DNA from: Narcine bancroftii
Lineage: Eukaryota
NCBI RefSeq assembly: GCF_036971445.1
Contig: NC_091478.1
Location: forward strand, 63,240,001 to 63,304,000
Direction of reading: 5' to 3'
DNA: 64,000 nucleotides
Part shown: positions 12,621-26,489 of the stretch, one piece after another
Layout of the letters: every line of letters starts with the position of its first letter
Position numbering within the stretch: position 1 is the first letter of the stretch
The notes under the pieces: model-generated
What the model was told of the DNA's origin: nothing
Databases searched by the model: none
The model's input: only the letters and a program-made list of their open reading frames with translations
Program-made: the position numbers and the translations under genes

Positions 12621-15130
12621 AGATTCACTTTTTTCTTACATATATTCTTTCTCATTAAGACTTATGAGCTGGAGGTCAGAGGTTGCAGTTACCAATAAAG
12701 TTGATATATGGGTCCCAAATTTGTTCGTTTTATGCATAATTGTCTCTTAAGTTAGAAGTAATTTTCTCCAATGGAATACATTTGTTCATTTCTGTGAGCC
12801 ACTGCTGTATTTTCAAGGATGTTTCCATTTTCCAAGTTATCATTATGCATTTTTTAGCTGCCGCTAATGCAATCTTGATAAATCGTTTTTGGAATCTGTT
12901 TAAATTTAATTTTAACTCTTTGTCTTTTATATTGCTTAACAGAAAATGTTTTGGGTCTTTTAGTATCTAGTTTTTGTAATTTGATCTAGTATTGAATTTA
13001 AATCCTCACAAAAGGATTTCACTTTTGTACATATCCAAACTGAATGTACCATTGTACCAATTTCTTGTTTAAAGTGAAAGTATTTATCAGAAACAGTCAG
13101 GTTCATTTTTTAATTTTTGAGGTGTAACGCATAGTCTGTGAAGCCAATTATATTGTATTGTTCGATACCGAGCTTTTATTTTATTTGTCATGGTGCCCGC
13201 GCATAATTCCTTCCATGTTTCATTATTTATTTGGATGTTTAAAGTTTCCCACCGATGTTTGGGTCTGATATTGCCTCATCTTTTCCTTTGTCTTGTAATT
13301 TAATATACATATTTGTAATAAACCTTTTAATTATCAGTGTCCATGATTATATATTCAAAGCTACTGCCCTCCATCAAACTTAGATCATTTCCTAGATTTT
13401 CTTTTAATTGATATTATGAACATTCTGAACTATGCAATATTCCACATTTATCTTTTAGCTGTTCAAATGTCAGTAGGTTATTGCTCAGAAAAGTTTTCTT
13501 ATTCTTGTTATTCCTTTTCTTGACCATTCCTTAAAATATATGTTATTCATTGTAAAAGGTATTAATTGGTTTTGCTGCAGCAACATATTTGGTGTTAGAT
13601 CATTTATTAACTTTTGCTCTAAATGTATCCTACTCCATATTTTTAATATATGGTGTAGTATTGGTAGACTGTTCTGTTGCACTAACTTCTCATTCCACTT
13701 GTAAAGTACAAGTTCTGAAACACTTTCCCCTAGTTTACATACATCCATCCTAAGCCAGGCTGGCTTTTCTCCAACTTTATAAAAATCTGACAAGAATCTT
13801 AATTGGGCAGCCTTATAGTAGTTTTTTTTTTAATTTTGCCACTGCAATTCCCTCTTGATTATATGTCCCTATCAGCTTTTCCAAGCTATTCTTGGTTTCT
13901 TACCTTTCCATAGAAATTTCGTTATCAACTTATTCAATTTTTGAAAAAAATCCCCTTTTACGGGAAAAGGTAGTATTTGAAATGGATATTGCAACCATTT
14001 TGATAGTTTTTGCCAAGGCAAAAAGGGAAGTTGATAGTAGACATCCCTGTCTTGTTGACCTACTCAATTTGAAATAATCTGAACTATAACCATTGGTTAG
14101 TACTCCTGCCTTAGGATTATTATATAAGGCTTTGATTCAATTAATAAATTTTCCTTGTATTTTAAATTTCTGAAGAGAAAGCTCCATTCCAGTCTATCAA
14201 AGGCCTTCTCTGCATTTAGAGCTACTGCCACTGTTGGTTCTTTGTTTTCTTGTGCCGTATGTATCAGATTGATAAATTTACATACATTATCTGCTGCCAT
14301 TCTATTCTTAATAAATCCTGATTGATCTGATTTCACCAATCACAGTACACAAATCATTAATCTATTTGCTAGTAATTTTGCTATTAATTTATAATCAGTA
14401 TTTAATAAGGTAATTGCTCTGTATGAAGATGGTTACAACAGGTTTTTGGAATTACTGTGATTATTGCCATCTGACAAGATTCAGGTAAATTCTGAGTTTC
14501 TTCCACCTGTTTTATTACATTTAAAAATGGTGGAATTAACAAGTTTTTTTTTAATTTTGTAAAATTCCATAGGGAATCCATCTTCACCTGGTGCTTTATT
14601 ATTTTGATAGATTCATTAATGTGTCATAAACTTGCATAACCATCAGGGGATTTGCTAATTTATTTTGTTCTTCCTTATCTAACTCGATATTTGTCAAACT
14701 TTAGCTATTTCCTTATTCTTCTCTAGGACCTCTGATTGGTATAATTGCTTATAAAATCTCCTGAAATTTTCATTAATCTCTTGTGTATTATATGATCTGA
14801 TTATTTCCTTTCCTTGTTGCTATAATAGTTCTTGTTACTTTCTCTATCTTTAATTGCCAAGCCAAGATTATGTGAGTTTTCTCACCTTGTTCATAGTATT
14901 TTTGTGTAGTTTTCATGGTTTTTTTTTCCATGAGGTATGTTTGTAATGTATCATATTTCAATTGCTGTTTTTTCTCATTTTCTTCTCCTTTCATTAAATC
15001 TTTCTCTAAATTTACTATATCTTTTTCGAATTTTTCTATTTCTTGGTAATATTCTCTTTTGATTTTAGTTGTATATATTATTTGCCCTCTAATAAAGGCT
15101 TTCATTGCATCCCATAATATAAATTTATCT

Positions 15131-15464
15131 GGATGTGGATAGACTATTTCTGTTAAGAGGAGGAAAGATTAAAACAAGAGGACATGAGTTAAGAATTAAG
15201 GGGCAGAGGTTTAGAGGTAACATGAGGGGGAACTTCTTTACTCAGAGAGTGGTAGCCGTGTGGAATGAGCTTCCGGGAGAAATAGTGGCGGCGGAGTCAA
15301 TTGTATTATTTAAGAAAAGGTTGGACAGGTATATGGATGAGAAGAAGATGGAGGGTTATGGGCATTGTGCAGGGAGGTGGGACTAGAAAGGGGTGTTTGG
15401 TTCGGTGCGGACTAGAAGGGCCTAATGGCCTGTTTCCGTGCTGTAATTGTTATGTTATGTTATA
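15131..15464 (+). mobile_element. CR1 3' end nested in L1
   Basis: KTRGHELRIKG...NFFTQRVVAVWNELP plus a (gttat)n tail. A second short copy lies at about 15858-16010. Confidence 0.9.
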
Positions 15465-16838
15465 GAATTTGTACTCATATCAAAATATATTTTAACTTGT
15501 TGTTCTATAAATTGCTTAAAATCTTGTCTTCTTAGCAAGATGAGTTTAAGTCTCCATCTATATTCTTTAATTGGAGTATCCTCCAGAGCAATTGTCAGCC
15601 ATAAGGGTGAGTGATCTGATAACAATTTGCTTTATACTCAATATTGTGGGCATAAAGTAAAAACATATCAATCCTGGAGTAAGTCTATGTCTGTTAGAAT
15701 GATATGAAGTGCACATCTTTAATTTTAAAGATCACCAGAAGAATTCAAAGAGGAATTGTACTGATACTAACCCATAAGGCAGCAAGTTTTGTGGGGAATT
15801 TCCTACATCTATCATCAGTCTCAGTTTTCCTTTCTGTTCGCAGCAGGATCAATTTCTTCATTTAAGAAAAGGTTGGATAAGTGGATGGATGTGAGGGGAT
15901 TGGAGGGTTATGGATAGGGAGAGGGACTAGTGGCGTTCACTTAAATCAGTGCGGACTAGAGGGGCTGAGATGGCCTGTTTTTGTACTGTAATTGTTATAT
16001 GGTTATATGAGTGATCTCTATCTTTCGGGTGTTGTTTTCTCCATATGACTATTGTCTTCACATCTTGCATGGAACTTACTGTAAATTTAGCTGCTTTACT
16101 CTTTTTGAATTTTTCCAGGTTTTATCTAATAATGGATCCAAGCTAAAAATTAAAATCTCCACCCAATAAGATAAGTCCTTGTGTACCTGCTAATTGTAAA
16201 AAAAAATCCCGCATAAATTTCTGATCGTCCTCATTCGGTGCATATACATTGAATAAATTTAAGCATTCCAAGTAGATCTGGAATATTATCATAACATACC
16301 TCCCAGCCAGGTCTGTAACTACTTTTCCTATTTTAATAGGCAAATTTTTATTAATTAAGATAGCCACCCCCCTACCCTTTGAGTTGGAAGATGATGCTAC
16401 CACATGACATATGTAATCTCTCTCCAATTTACGATGGTCTTCTTCTGTTAGATGAGTTTCTTGTAAAAATGCAATACCTATTTTTTTCATTTTTTAGAGA
16501 TGACAATAATCTTTTTTTCTTGATTTGGTTATGTATTCCATTAACATTAAGTCATAAACTTCAATGTATTCATTCCGTTAGACCATGTTTTTTTCATACT
16601 ACCCTCTCAAACCCTCCAACTCCCACCACATTTTGAAATTTAACATATCCTTCTATATTTGTTGACATAAACACCCTGAAAAAGTTTTAAAAACAAAAAA
16701 AAGAATAAGAAACTGTAAAAAAAACATATAGAACCACCCCTTATTGAGTTGCCCTTGCAGACTTGCGGAACAACCACAACACCTTTAACATTACGGACTG
16801 TGGTATAAACTGCAATTATCAACTGATTTTGCAGTAAA

Positions 16839-16975
16839 CCCAGCCCTCCCCAGACCCAACCCTCCCCAGACCCAACCCTCCCCAGACCCATCCCTCCCCA
16901 GACCCATCCCTCCCCAGACCCAGCCCTCCCCAGACCCATCCCTCCCCAGACCCAGCCCTCCCCAGACCCAGCCCA
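16839..16975. repeat. 16-bp minisatellite (cccagaccca[agt]ccctc) x about 8.5
   Basis: Period 16 read directly. G-rich on the - strand. Confidence 0.9.
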
Positions 16976-19809
16976 GAGAATTTATAACTTATTTTCTAAA
17001 CACTTAAACAAAGTTCTCAAATAAACCAACTATTAATCGACTGGTTTACCTCCAAACATATTTACATATATATTGTCTTTAACTGTTTCTTAGTTCTGTC
17101 AATCATTCTCTTCCTTGTTGAATATTTGTAAGTTGTTCAACAAAGTCTCAAGCTTTTCTTGGGTCATCAAACAGTCAGTTTTGTCCACTGGGAAAGAATA
17201 TTTTTAACACTGCTGGGTGCCACACGATAAAATTATAACCTTATCTCCATAATGTGTCTTATACTGGATTAATTTCCTTTAAAAGTTCAAAACTTATGTC
17301 TGAGTCAAAAAATAGCTTATTCCCATTATGTTCCAATGGATCATTAATTTCTTTTGTTCTTCTGGCTGCCAGCCCTAATATTTTTCTCCTTGTCAGATAC
17401 CTTAATAACTTGACCAAGATGGAACATGGTCTTTGCTACACCTGCAGCTTTGGTGCCAAATATCTGTGAGCTCTTTCAATTTCTATTTCTTCCTGAAGTT
17501 CTTCCATCTCCAGAACTTGTGGAGTCCATTGTTTTAGAAATCCTCTTATGTCCGTACCTTGCACACCTTCTTTCAGACCCACTATTTTAATATTATTATG
17601 CCTATTAAAATTTTCAAGAATGTCAATTTTCTGGGCCAATAAATCCTGTGTCATTGTGACCTCTTTACTCCTTTCTTCTACTTTTTCCTTTAAGACAGTC
17701 ATGTCCATTTCCACACCTTTCACTCTCTCTCTTCTACTTCACATTGCTTTTTTTATATCCCTTATTACCTTTCCCATACGTTGAATTTTTATAAACTCCT
17801 TTGCGCAGATTTTCTACTAACTGATTTCTGTCATTAATGTTTCCATCATCGCTCTCATCTGATTGTCAACGTACTTTATATCTACTGTTTGTTTTTGGCT
17901 TTGACCTTTAGTTTTCTACTCTATTTTTTTTTGTCTCTTCTAAGTCTTCTATCTCATGCTTCGTGTCTTCCCTTGATGTAGAGACCATTTCCAAGGCCGT
18001 TTCTCCTGCTTTGCTTGTCACTGAGCTTGCAGGAGCTTTCTGCTGATCACTGCCCTCTTCAATGTCTTTACTGAAATGCGCGAGGAATCATACATGCACA
18101 TAAGCGTTTCTTTTCTTTTTCAGTCAGCCTTCGCTGAAGCCCGCCCTGCGATCTCTCACCCTGATGCTGCTCACCTGTCGGTTTCACAGGTCGGGCCACC
18201 TGATCCAGGAGAGATCCCAGTTCCGGCGCATAGGTAAGGCCTTCTTTTTTTTAAATTCCGGCGAGTTCTTTGGTTCTTCTTTGCTGTTCGTTGTGACTCC
18301 TTCCTTCTTTGGAGCCCTTTTCTTTCTTTTTCTTTCAATGTTTATTTACTGTTTCCTGTATTTGTTCGTTACAACTTTTTTTCCACTTTTGTTTACATTT
18401 CTGTATTTGTTTCCATGTGTACGTTGAGTACAGGTTTTTAAACTACCAGGAAGTGGTGGTTCAATTGAATCAAAGCATCTTAGTGTTTTGTATGTGATGT
18501 CATGTATGTAATCTGACAATAGTGTAAAATTTCCTTCTAAAAGAACCTCGTTACAAAGACTGTGTCAAAAATGTAGAACTTTAGACAATTTGTTCACAAG
18601 AAAAAACTTTATATTTTTGCTATATATAATAATGAGGTCCACAATTTTTTATATGAGGAGTCTTTTCAAAGTTTAAATCGACCACCCGGGGGGGGGGGGA
18701 GGAGGGGATGCGGGCCACAGCACATTTATCTTAAAGCCTTGTTTTCTTTTCACCTCATATTACATACGTATTTTTTAATGTTTTATGCAGTCGGTAGGAG
18801 AGAAGTTCGGAAGAACCCAAAACTTTACTCATTCATAGGGAAAGGTCATAAACTTTAAGTAGAGTCGGGGGTGGGGTTGGGGGGTGGGAATAACCGGAAA
18901 AAAAGTTGAGAACGTCTGGTGGAAATTGCTTATGGCCGATCCGCAAATATGACGTTGGGCATTAGGGGCGGGACATGCACAGTGACGACAAATACCAAGA
19001 GGATGTGTTTGCATTAATTTTATTGAAAGTTTGAAACCTGCAACCAGTACAAAACTAGAACGCGGAAGCAAGATTTGATGGATCTTATCACCCAGTGACT
19101 GAGACCCAATTCTCCACGAGCGACTGACCGTACTCGGACGCCGACCTGGTATGTTAGCGCTCTTTCTGTTTTCGGGTTTTTTTCCATCCTCGATACTGTA
19201 TACCTACAAGTTCGCTCGCTAACCAGCTCCCTGAAACCTCAGCAGTACCCCCTCCAATCACCCAAATGCCACCCACCCTCCCAAACCCAGGCTGCAATCC
19301 TTTTAACTTTTCAAAATCCATAATTCACGACGATGGAGCATTCCAGTCCAGAAGAAATTCTTCCACACACACACACACACATACACACACATACACCCCC
19401 GTCTCGTGTGTGCAGTAGAATATGGAAGCATGGCAACGGTTCGGCAGATTAAGCCTCTTTGCTTCTTGTTTCGAATTGTACTTCAAATAGTCTGACGCCT
19501 TACATGTTTGTTACATTTATTATATTCTTCGGCCATTCATTGGGTCAAAGTTAGACCACCAAGGTTAGTATGGTGCCGTGCAATTTTCCGAAATCCAGCG
19601 TCATATTCTGCCTGGTTTCAACGGCTAGAACGGTACATAGCAACCCAACCAAAAGCTCAGCTAAGTGGAGAAATAATTCAGAAATTATCTCCTTCAAAGG
19701 CCGTTTATTTCCCGTCCGACTCCTGAATGAACAAGAACCCCCACTAATAACAACTTTTTATCCCTATTGATTTAAATGGCATATTCGCTCTGTCGGTTGC
19801 CATTAAAGG

Positions 19810-20300
19810 GAGGTCCCAGTGGCCAACAATTTGAATTCCAGACACCATTCCTACACTCACAGGTCGATATGGTCTCATGCACTGCCAACCGAGGCTATTC
19901 GCAAATTGGAGGATCTGCACCTCATATTCCTGCGCAAGCTCCCGAAGGCATCAACATCCTCCAGTTTCCAACTTTCTCTCTCTCTTTCCCTATCCCTCTG
20001 TCATATCCTCCCGCGCACCGCCCCTTTCCCTTCCCTTTCGATTCAGAGAGCGACTTCCTCCCCTTGTCACCTGAGGTTTTTTACTCCTCTACCCTCCCAC
20101 CTATAATCTACCTGTGGGCTCATACCTGTACTCCCTCACCTGCCTCTTCCTCTCTCCTCTTCTCTGCTCCCCCGCCACCACTTTATCCAGGCATCTGTCT
20201 GCTTTTTGCTCGTACCTTGGCGTAAAGTTCAGGTCCAAAACTTTTACTTCCGACAGATGCTGCTTGACCTGCTGAGTTTTTCCATCAATTTTGTGTATTG
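19810..20300 (+). mobile_element. Penelope-like element 3' fragment (GIY-YIG C-terminus + pLTR)
   Basis: ANNLNSRHHS...EAIRKLEDLHLIF, then pLTR gatgctgcttgacctgctgagtt. Confidence 0.75.
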
Positions 20301-20357
20301 CATATCAAATCTTGCTTACTGTTTGTAAATTTCAATTCCTAGTACTTGAGAACGAGA

Positions 20358-20700
20358 CTCGACTTCTTTTCAACGCAAAGTGTTGACATTCCACTAACTA
20401 TCTCCAACTAAGAGGAAGTGAAAGACTGCAGGAGAATTTTATTGAAGGCTGCTGGTAATATCATGGAAATTCTCCGTAGCTTGTATGAAACAAGTTACAG
20501 ACGAATCTTTGATGCTCCATTGATAAGCAAGCGACATAAATTAAATTTCCTCTTTCCGTCAACTTAATGCTTCGAAAGTTCTTTAGAAACTTCTGTGTTC
20601 CTCATTCAATGGCGTGTTTATTCCGGAAATAAGAAATACCATGCAATATTCAAAGTAATATTTATATAAAATTTTGAGATATCTCATTCTTTCCTCCGAA
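20358..20700 (+). promoter_or_regulatory. Duplicated non-coding block, copy 1, with PU.1/Ets-IRF composite site GAGGAAGTGAAA (20412-20423)
   Basis: Aligns by eye to 23232-23600 (ctcgacttcttttcaac, agaggaagtga, aaggctgctggtaa.atcatggaaattctc). Matches EICE consensus GGAAnnGAAA. Confidence 0.5.
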
Positions 20701-20712
20701 ATGGGAGAAGTC

Positions 20713-21904
20713 TTTCTTTCTTTCTTTTATTTTTCAATCTTGTTATTATTATTATAATTTATAAACACATACAGTTCAAAGAGATATAAAAAAATACATA
20801 GTAAGTAATGAATTAATACAGAGATATTAAACAATAATATTACAGAATAAAAATATATCATAAAAAATTTTTGATCAGTTTAGGGTGTGAACTATCTCTA
20901 AAAAAAAGATATAATTAATAACAATATATGAAAAAAGAGAAAAAAAAACCCCAAAAAAGAAGAAAAAACAAATCTGAATTAAAAAAAAACTTTTAAAAAA
21001 AAACCTATTTCTTTGTTGAATGTTGATTCTAAGATCTTCTCTAAAATTCTAGCGACAAGGCTAGAGAAGATATTACCATATATTATCTCTGAAGACCAGA
21101 CTGGATTCATTAAAAATCGTTATTCCTCCTTTAATATTAGAAGATTGATGAATATTATTTACACTCCTTCACATAAGTCTTCACAATGTGTTATTTCACT
21201 AGATGCTGAGAAAGCCTTCGATAGAGTAGAATGGCCTTATTTATTTACAGTTCTTGAAAAATTTAATTTTAGTCCGATATTTATATCTTGGATTAAACTT
21301 CTTTATAATTCCCCAGTTGCCTCGGTTTTTACTAATACCCAAAGATCGCCATATTTTCGATTATTTCGGGGCACCAGGCAAGGGTGCCCCCTTAATTATT
21401 TAACTTAGCTTTAGAACCTTTGGCAATTGCTATCAGAGAAGCACCCAATATTACTGGTATTATTCGTTGCAGGGATATTCATAAAGTATCACTATATGCA
21501 GATGATTTATTGTTATATATTTCCAATCCTGAAAATTCTATTCCTGCAGTTTTATCTTTATTAGCCCAATTTAGTAATTTTTCGGGATATAAACTGAATT
21601 TAAATAAAAGTGAATTATTCCCTTTTAATGGATGGGTCCCTATTTATGATAGTTTACCTTTTAAAATAGCTAGAGACCATTTTATATATTTAGGGATTAA
21701 GATTACTAAAAAACATAAAGATTTGTTTAGGACTAATTTTTTCCCTCTATTGGACCTGATCGGCAGTTTACTTACCAATTGGTCACCATTATCCCTATCC
21801 ATGATAGGCCGAATTAATGCTATTAAGATGATGATCTTACCTAAATTTTTATATATATTCCAAGCTATACCTATTTTTGTTCCTAAATCTTTTTTTGATA
21901 AGGT
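20713..21904. mobile_element. 5'-inverted L1/Tx1 insertion (3'UTR on -, RT fragment 21004-21904 on +) with a 16-bp TSD
   Basis: TSD cgaaa(t/c)gggagaagtc at 20697-20712 and 21905-21920. RT motifs LLNVDSKI, EDQTGFIK, DAEKAFDRVEW, GTRQGCP, LYADD. Confidence 0.88.
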
Positions 21905-23231
21905 CGAAACGGGAGAAGTCGAGCATCTTATGTGTTGGAAGTCATTGTAAATATTGATGTCAGGTATCGTGAGGGGTCATATATAATTATATATATATAT
22001 ATATATAATATAAAATATATAAATATTATAATATATAATATCATATATAATTGTCATATATTCACTGCTACAATGCAGTTGAGTCGTCCAGTATGTAAAA
22101 TTGTGATGAAGTGACGTGGCATGTATGTGTCCTGGCGTTTCAATAATGGCCTGTCAATGAATGATGACAAACGAAGGGGATCTTGGACCACAATTCTGAG
22201 TCTTAAGTTATAAAAGTTTTGCAAATTTGATCAGAATTTTAACATTTACTGTAATTCTATTAAAGCTTTACGGACAGGCGCCCCTCGTTAACTTCCCTTT
22301 TGCTAAGTCAGTAAAGACCGTGAAAGATCCCGCCTTTTCTTAGTGAGTCCACCGATTATCATGACCAAGAGAAGAATATGTGCAATGCGCGCCTTCACTT
22401 GGTATGGGTTCTGCACTAAACTTGGTCCGAAAAGGGCACATGCTGACAGGTATAAAATTCCTAGAGTGGTGTTCGTTAATTTCAGGAGAAAACGAACCTT
22501 ACCACCGCAGCTTGCTTTCCCTTTCCCGCTACTGCTAATAACACAGAAAGTTTACACTTTCTTTATAGACTTTGGATTTGGGGAGAATGATGTGCAAGTT
22601 GCATGAAACCAAAGTGAGACCTCTGCAACCGAAACCAAATGGAGAAATACCCTCATTGAACGTTTAAACCTGCTGAAGTCAGATGCTTTGTGGTTGGATC
22701 CATATAATGCAGGACACGCTGGAGAAGGAATAACATCGACATAAAACTATACCAATTTAACAGACATAATAAGATTAACGATGCTATTAAACTAAATACC
22801 GAGTGTTTTCAGCCATTGAAATAAAATAAAATCGGAATAATCCGCGGATTAGTAACATCTTTGCAAAGAGGAACATAATTAACGTTCGATGATTACCCTC
22901 AAATCAGTAGTTCGTGTTTCACCGCGTCATAAGTCAAACTTAAACTCGAATGTTTAAATAAATGTAGAAGATAATGTTCGTGTCATTAACAGTGCGGGTG
23001 TACTTGAGGGTATCCTTTCCAGTTTCTTTATCACTTTTTCTTAAGCTTCCACTTCTTTCCCCGTTCGTGGTGATGAAATAATCAAATATCGCAGAAAGAG
23101 GCCTTCGACCCATCAAGTCCACATGAATCACATTTTGTTCTCACTATATTCCCCTGGAAATTCCGCAAGAAGCAGGCGTCACATTTTGCTTACTGCTTGT
23201 ATATTGCGATGACTAATGTTTGAGGAGGAGG

Positions 23232-23650
23232 CTCGACTTCTTTTCAACACAACTGTTGACTTTCCACTATCGGAATGGTAACTCGAGCTGAGAGGAAGTG
23301 ACAGACCGAAGGAAAATATAACTAAAGGCTGCTGGTAACATCATGGAAATTCTCTGCGGCTTGTGTAAGAGGAGTTCTTTGTACCATATTTGATGCTTCA
23401 TTGATGAGATAGAAGTATAAATGAAACAATTTTATTTCAAAGACCCCTTCTTATCAACCAAATGCTTTGAAAGTTCATTTGAAACATGATTGTTCTTTAT
23501 TCAATCACACATTCATCCCAGAGAGAAGAAATCCCATGCAACCTTCCAAATTATATTTGACTGGCTGTTTTAAGTATAGAATTCTTTCCCTGAAGACACT
23601 TTTGAAAGATGAGCCTCTTGTATTTAATGTCAATGTAAAACTTAATGTCA
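23232..23650 (+). promoter_or_regulatory. Duplicated non-coding block, copy 2, with PU.1 box GAGGAAGTG (23292-23300)
   Basis: Diverged paralogue of 20358-20700. Homology continues past the L1 insertion that interrupts copy 1. Confidence 0.5.
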
Positions 23651-26489
23651 GGGAAAATATTCACGGCGCTGGTAAGGTAAGAGGCCACTCGGAAATAGCT
23701 CATACTGTTGGTTTTCTAAATTTTGGTCACGCCATCCCGTATATTTTTAAACATCGTGGCTGCGTTTAGGGACGTAAACATTTCCACAATAAAATGCCGA
23801 TTAGTGATGACTACCGAGGTTATTCTTGCCTCATCGCAAACCCAACCATAAATGTTAAATTAAAAAGATTCGTTCCTTTCTTCAAAAATTCTCCGCCTTT
23901 GAAACTCATTGTGTTCCCTTCCGTTAAGACAATAAAGACAGCGATGGAGCCAGCCAACGCTTATTGTACCCATAGTTTATCACCGCCAAAAGCTGCACCA
24001 CTTCTGAATCGGGCAGAGAAGGTGCGCTGTCAAATATAGAGTGAATGTATCACTGCGCCAGTTCTTCACAGCTTTTTGTTTTACCTGTCCCACTTCTGTT
24101 TAAAATTCACACACCTGAATTTGAAGGATGCTGGATTTTAAGGAGTGTATTTTCGTTACCGAAATTGTGAAGAAACTCGTGAGAAACATTAAGGGCATTT
24201 CCATATTATCCCCAAATAATAATAATATTGCTGGCATCAATGAAGGCGAAAGGGAATCCAAGTAATAGAAAAAAATATATCGTACACATCTGCTTTCAAT
24301 TACACAGATCTTTGTAAATTTATCTGATAAATGGGATAATGATACAAAACAGATATTGAAACTTTTGTTTTTCAGATGTTAATGGAATCAGTGCAGAATA
24401 AGAGCGTTGGGCAATCGGAGAGCCAGTCGTACACTCTCGCTCTCTGGCTTCTCCATTAAAGCCAATGCTGAATTGTCGACTTATTATTGCGATGCAGGAA
24501 ATGAGGGAATATTCTACATCTGCCACCAGAACAGTAAAATTGACAGTTCAGCTAGAACACCGAATGAGTCCTGGAAACGTAACCGAACATCGATTGTAAA
24601 TGAAGACTACATTGCTTGCTTATCGTTATCTAAGATTATTGTCGTTGTAAGACATCTGAACATGATTCAAACACTTCAAGCTCAAGCATGAATAGAGTGA
24701 CGTACTTCAATTATGTAGCGTGATACCACATCTGGAGCAGAGTATACTGCACTATTTTCTTTTCTGGAAAAGGAGAAAGAAAATGCATTGGACGCTGTTC
24801 AGTCATGCAACCCGGACCTGCCCTTCCGCGAACTCGTCCATCCCGACCACATTGGCATTCTGCGCTATAGCCATTGACCTGCGTTTGGTCCGTGTTCATC
24901 TAAATCTTTCCTACACCTAAAGCCACCCAAATATCTCATGAATAGAAAACTGGTGCCCATTTCTACAATTTCATCTGGCAGCTCATTCCAGAAGTGGACC
25001 ACCCTCTTGAATGAAAAAGCTGGCCCTCAGGTCCCTGTTGAATCCATCTCTCTTCACCTCAAACATCCTACCAGGGATTATCACTGGAGATATGGGAACT
25101 TCTCATCCCAAGACCACAAGAACCTCCATCTATAACTTCAGGGGCCTCGGAAAAAGTAGCCAGATATAAAAATGTTCAGTCCATCCCGGCCACAGTCATT
25201 GCACCAAATACTCATGAATATTCGTGAGTATGCGATTGCGCAACGCCAGATTGAATGGCTGTTTTCCCGCATTATGAGACTCCTCAATGAAGCCCAAAAT
25301 AGGACAATGATATGGCCTTTGCTACGTATCAACTGATATGTTTCTGTAACTCTGCGCGTTTGTTCGTTTTACTTGTGTCTCATTTGCTCCTCTGTGTTAG
25401 TGATGTCTTCTGGTCTGCTCGCAAAACAACCTCCATCTTGGTACATGCGGGGAAAACTTGAGCTTAAAACTATGTCCCCTGAATCGGCTACCCTGAAGAA
25501 AAAGACCATAAGCATTCACTTTAGCCATGCCCCTTGTATTTATATGAACCTTTATAAGATCATCTCTACGAGCGAGCGAATAAAGACACAACCCATCAAA
25601 GCTCTCCCTATAACTCAAAACATAAGAGTCCAGGAAACATTTTGTTGAATCTCCGATGAGCCCTTTCCAATTTAGATGTCCGTCTTTTAAAGCCTGCCGA
25701 CAAGTTTATCCGACTGATACGTGAAAGAGAAGTTCATTTGGAAGAATGAGAGGGGCCTTAATTCAAAATGTATATTGATAATTGCCCTTAACAATGTGGC
25801 TGTGCAGAGCATAGTTCTTCGCTAGAAACAGTCAAGTGCTTACAGTTAATGTTTAAAAATAGCACTTAGGACCACTTGGGAAAGACATGGAGGAAATTAT
25901 ATATTTCCGAAGGTCATGGGTGAAATATTCTTCCGCAAAGAAAGCAGAATCTACGAAACTGTTAAGGCAGAAGCAGTTTGCTCTTCACAAGCAGGGAGGT
26001 AAAATATAACAATAGACTGGAATTCAAAACTAAAATTAAGGTCTGATTGGCCTTTATCGTATTAAATTGTCGAACAAACACGAGGGGCCGAATAGCCTTC
26101 TTCAGCCTCTATTTCCTATTTTTGTATTCTTATAATAATTCGCCGAATTAATTGAAAACAAGAAGAGAGATAAAAAAAAGTTTAATTAAATTACTCGCTT
26201 TGAAGTGTGATCTCAAAAGAAGAGAATGCCGCGCCAAACCTATTCACGGAAAGAATAGGTGTGACCATGTGGAGTAGACCGTGCAAATAAAATTAAGCTT
26301 CAGGTGCTGAAAATCTGAAATGACAATAGAAAATACAGGGAAAACGCCAGGTCTGCTGGAAAAGAAACAGTCGAGGTTTCGGGTCTTCATCGCCACGAAG
26401 AAAATGAGAAACAGAAACGGTTTTACTTCAGGAGAGAAGGCTCCAGAGAGAGAGATATAATTGTAGCAGCGTTGCGCTGTGGGATAGAA

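Larger units (their letters stand above)
12620..18420 (-). mobile_element. Degenerate near-full-length L1 (ORF1 about 17.1-18.0 kb, ORF2 EN/RT about 12.7-16.6 kb); its 3' tail is displaced to about 10714-10790
   Basis: FLQETHL...SKGRGVAILI, GGDFN, DQSGFIKNR, AEKAFDRLEW, and ORF1 ENFNRHNNIKIVGLKEG / IERAHR. Confidence 0.9.

Noticed and set aside
18977-19020. CACAGTG heptamers (here and at about 26532) as RSS
   Set aside because: No ACAAAAACC-like nonamer at 12 or 23 spacing, and no adjacent gene segment.
19151-19222. MLALFLFSGFF... as the receptor leader exon
   Set aside because: It reaches a stop without a good phase-1 donor, and a better leader lies 165 nt upstream of the V exon.
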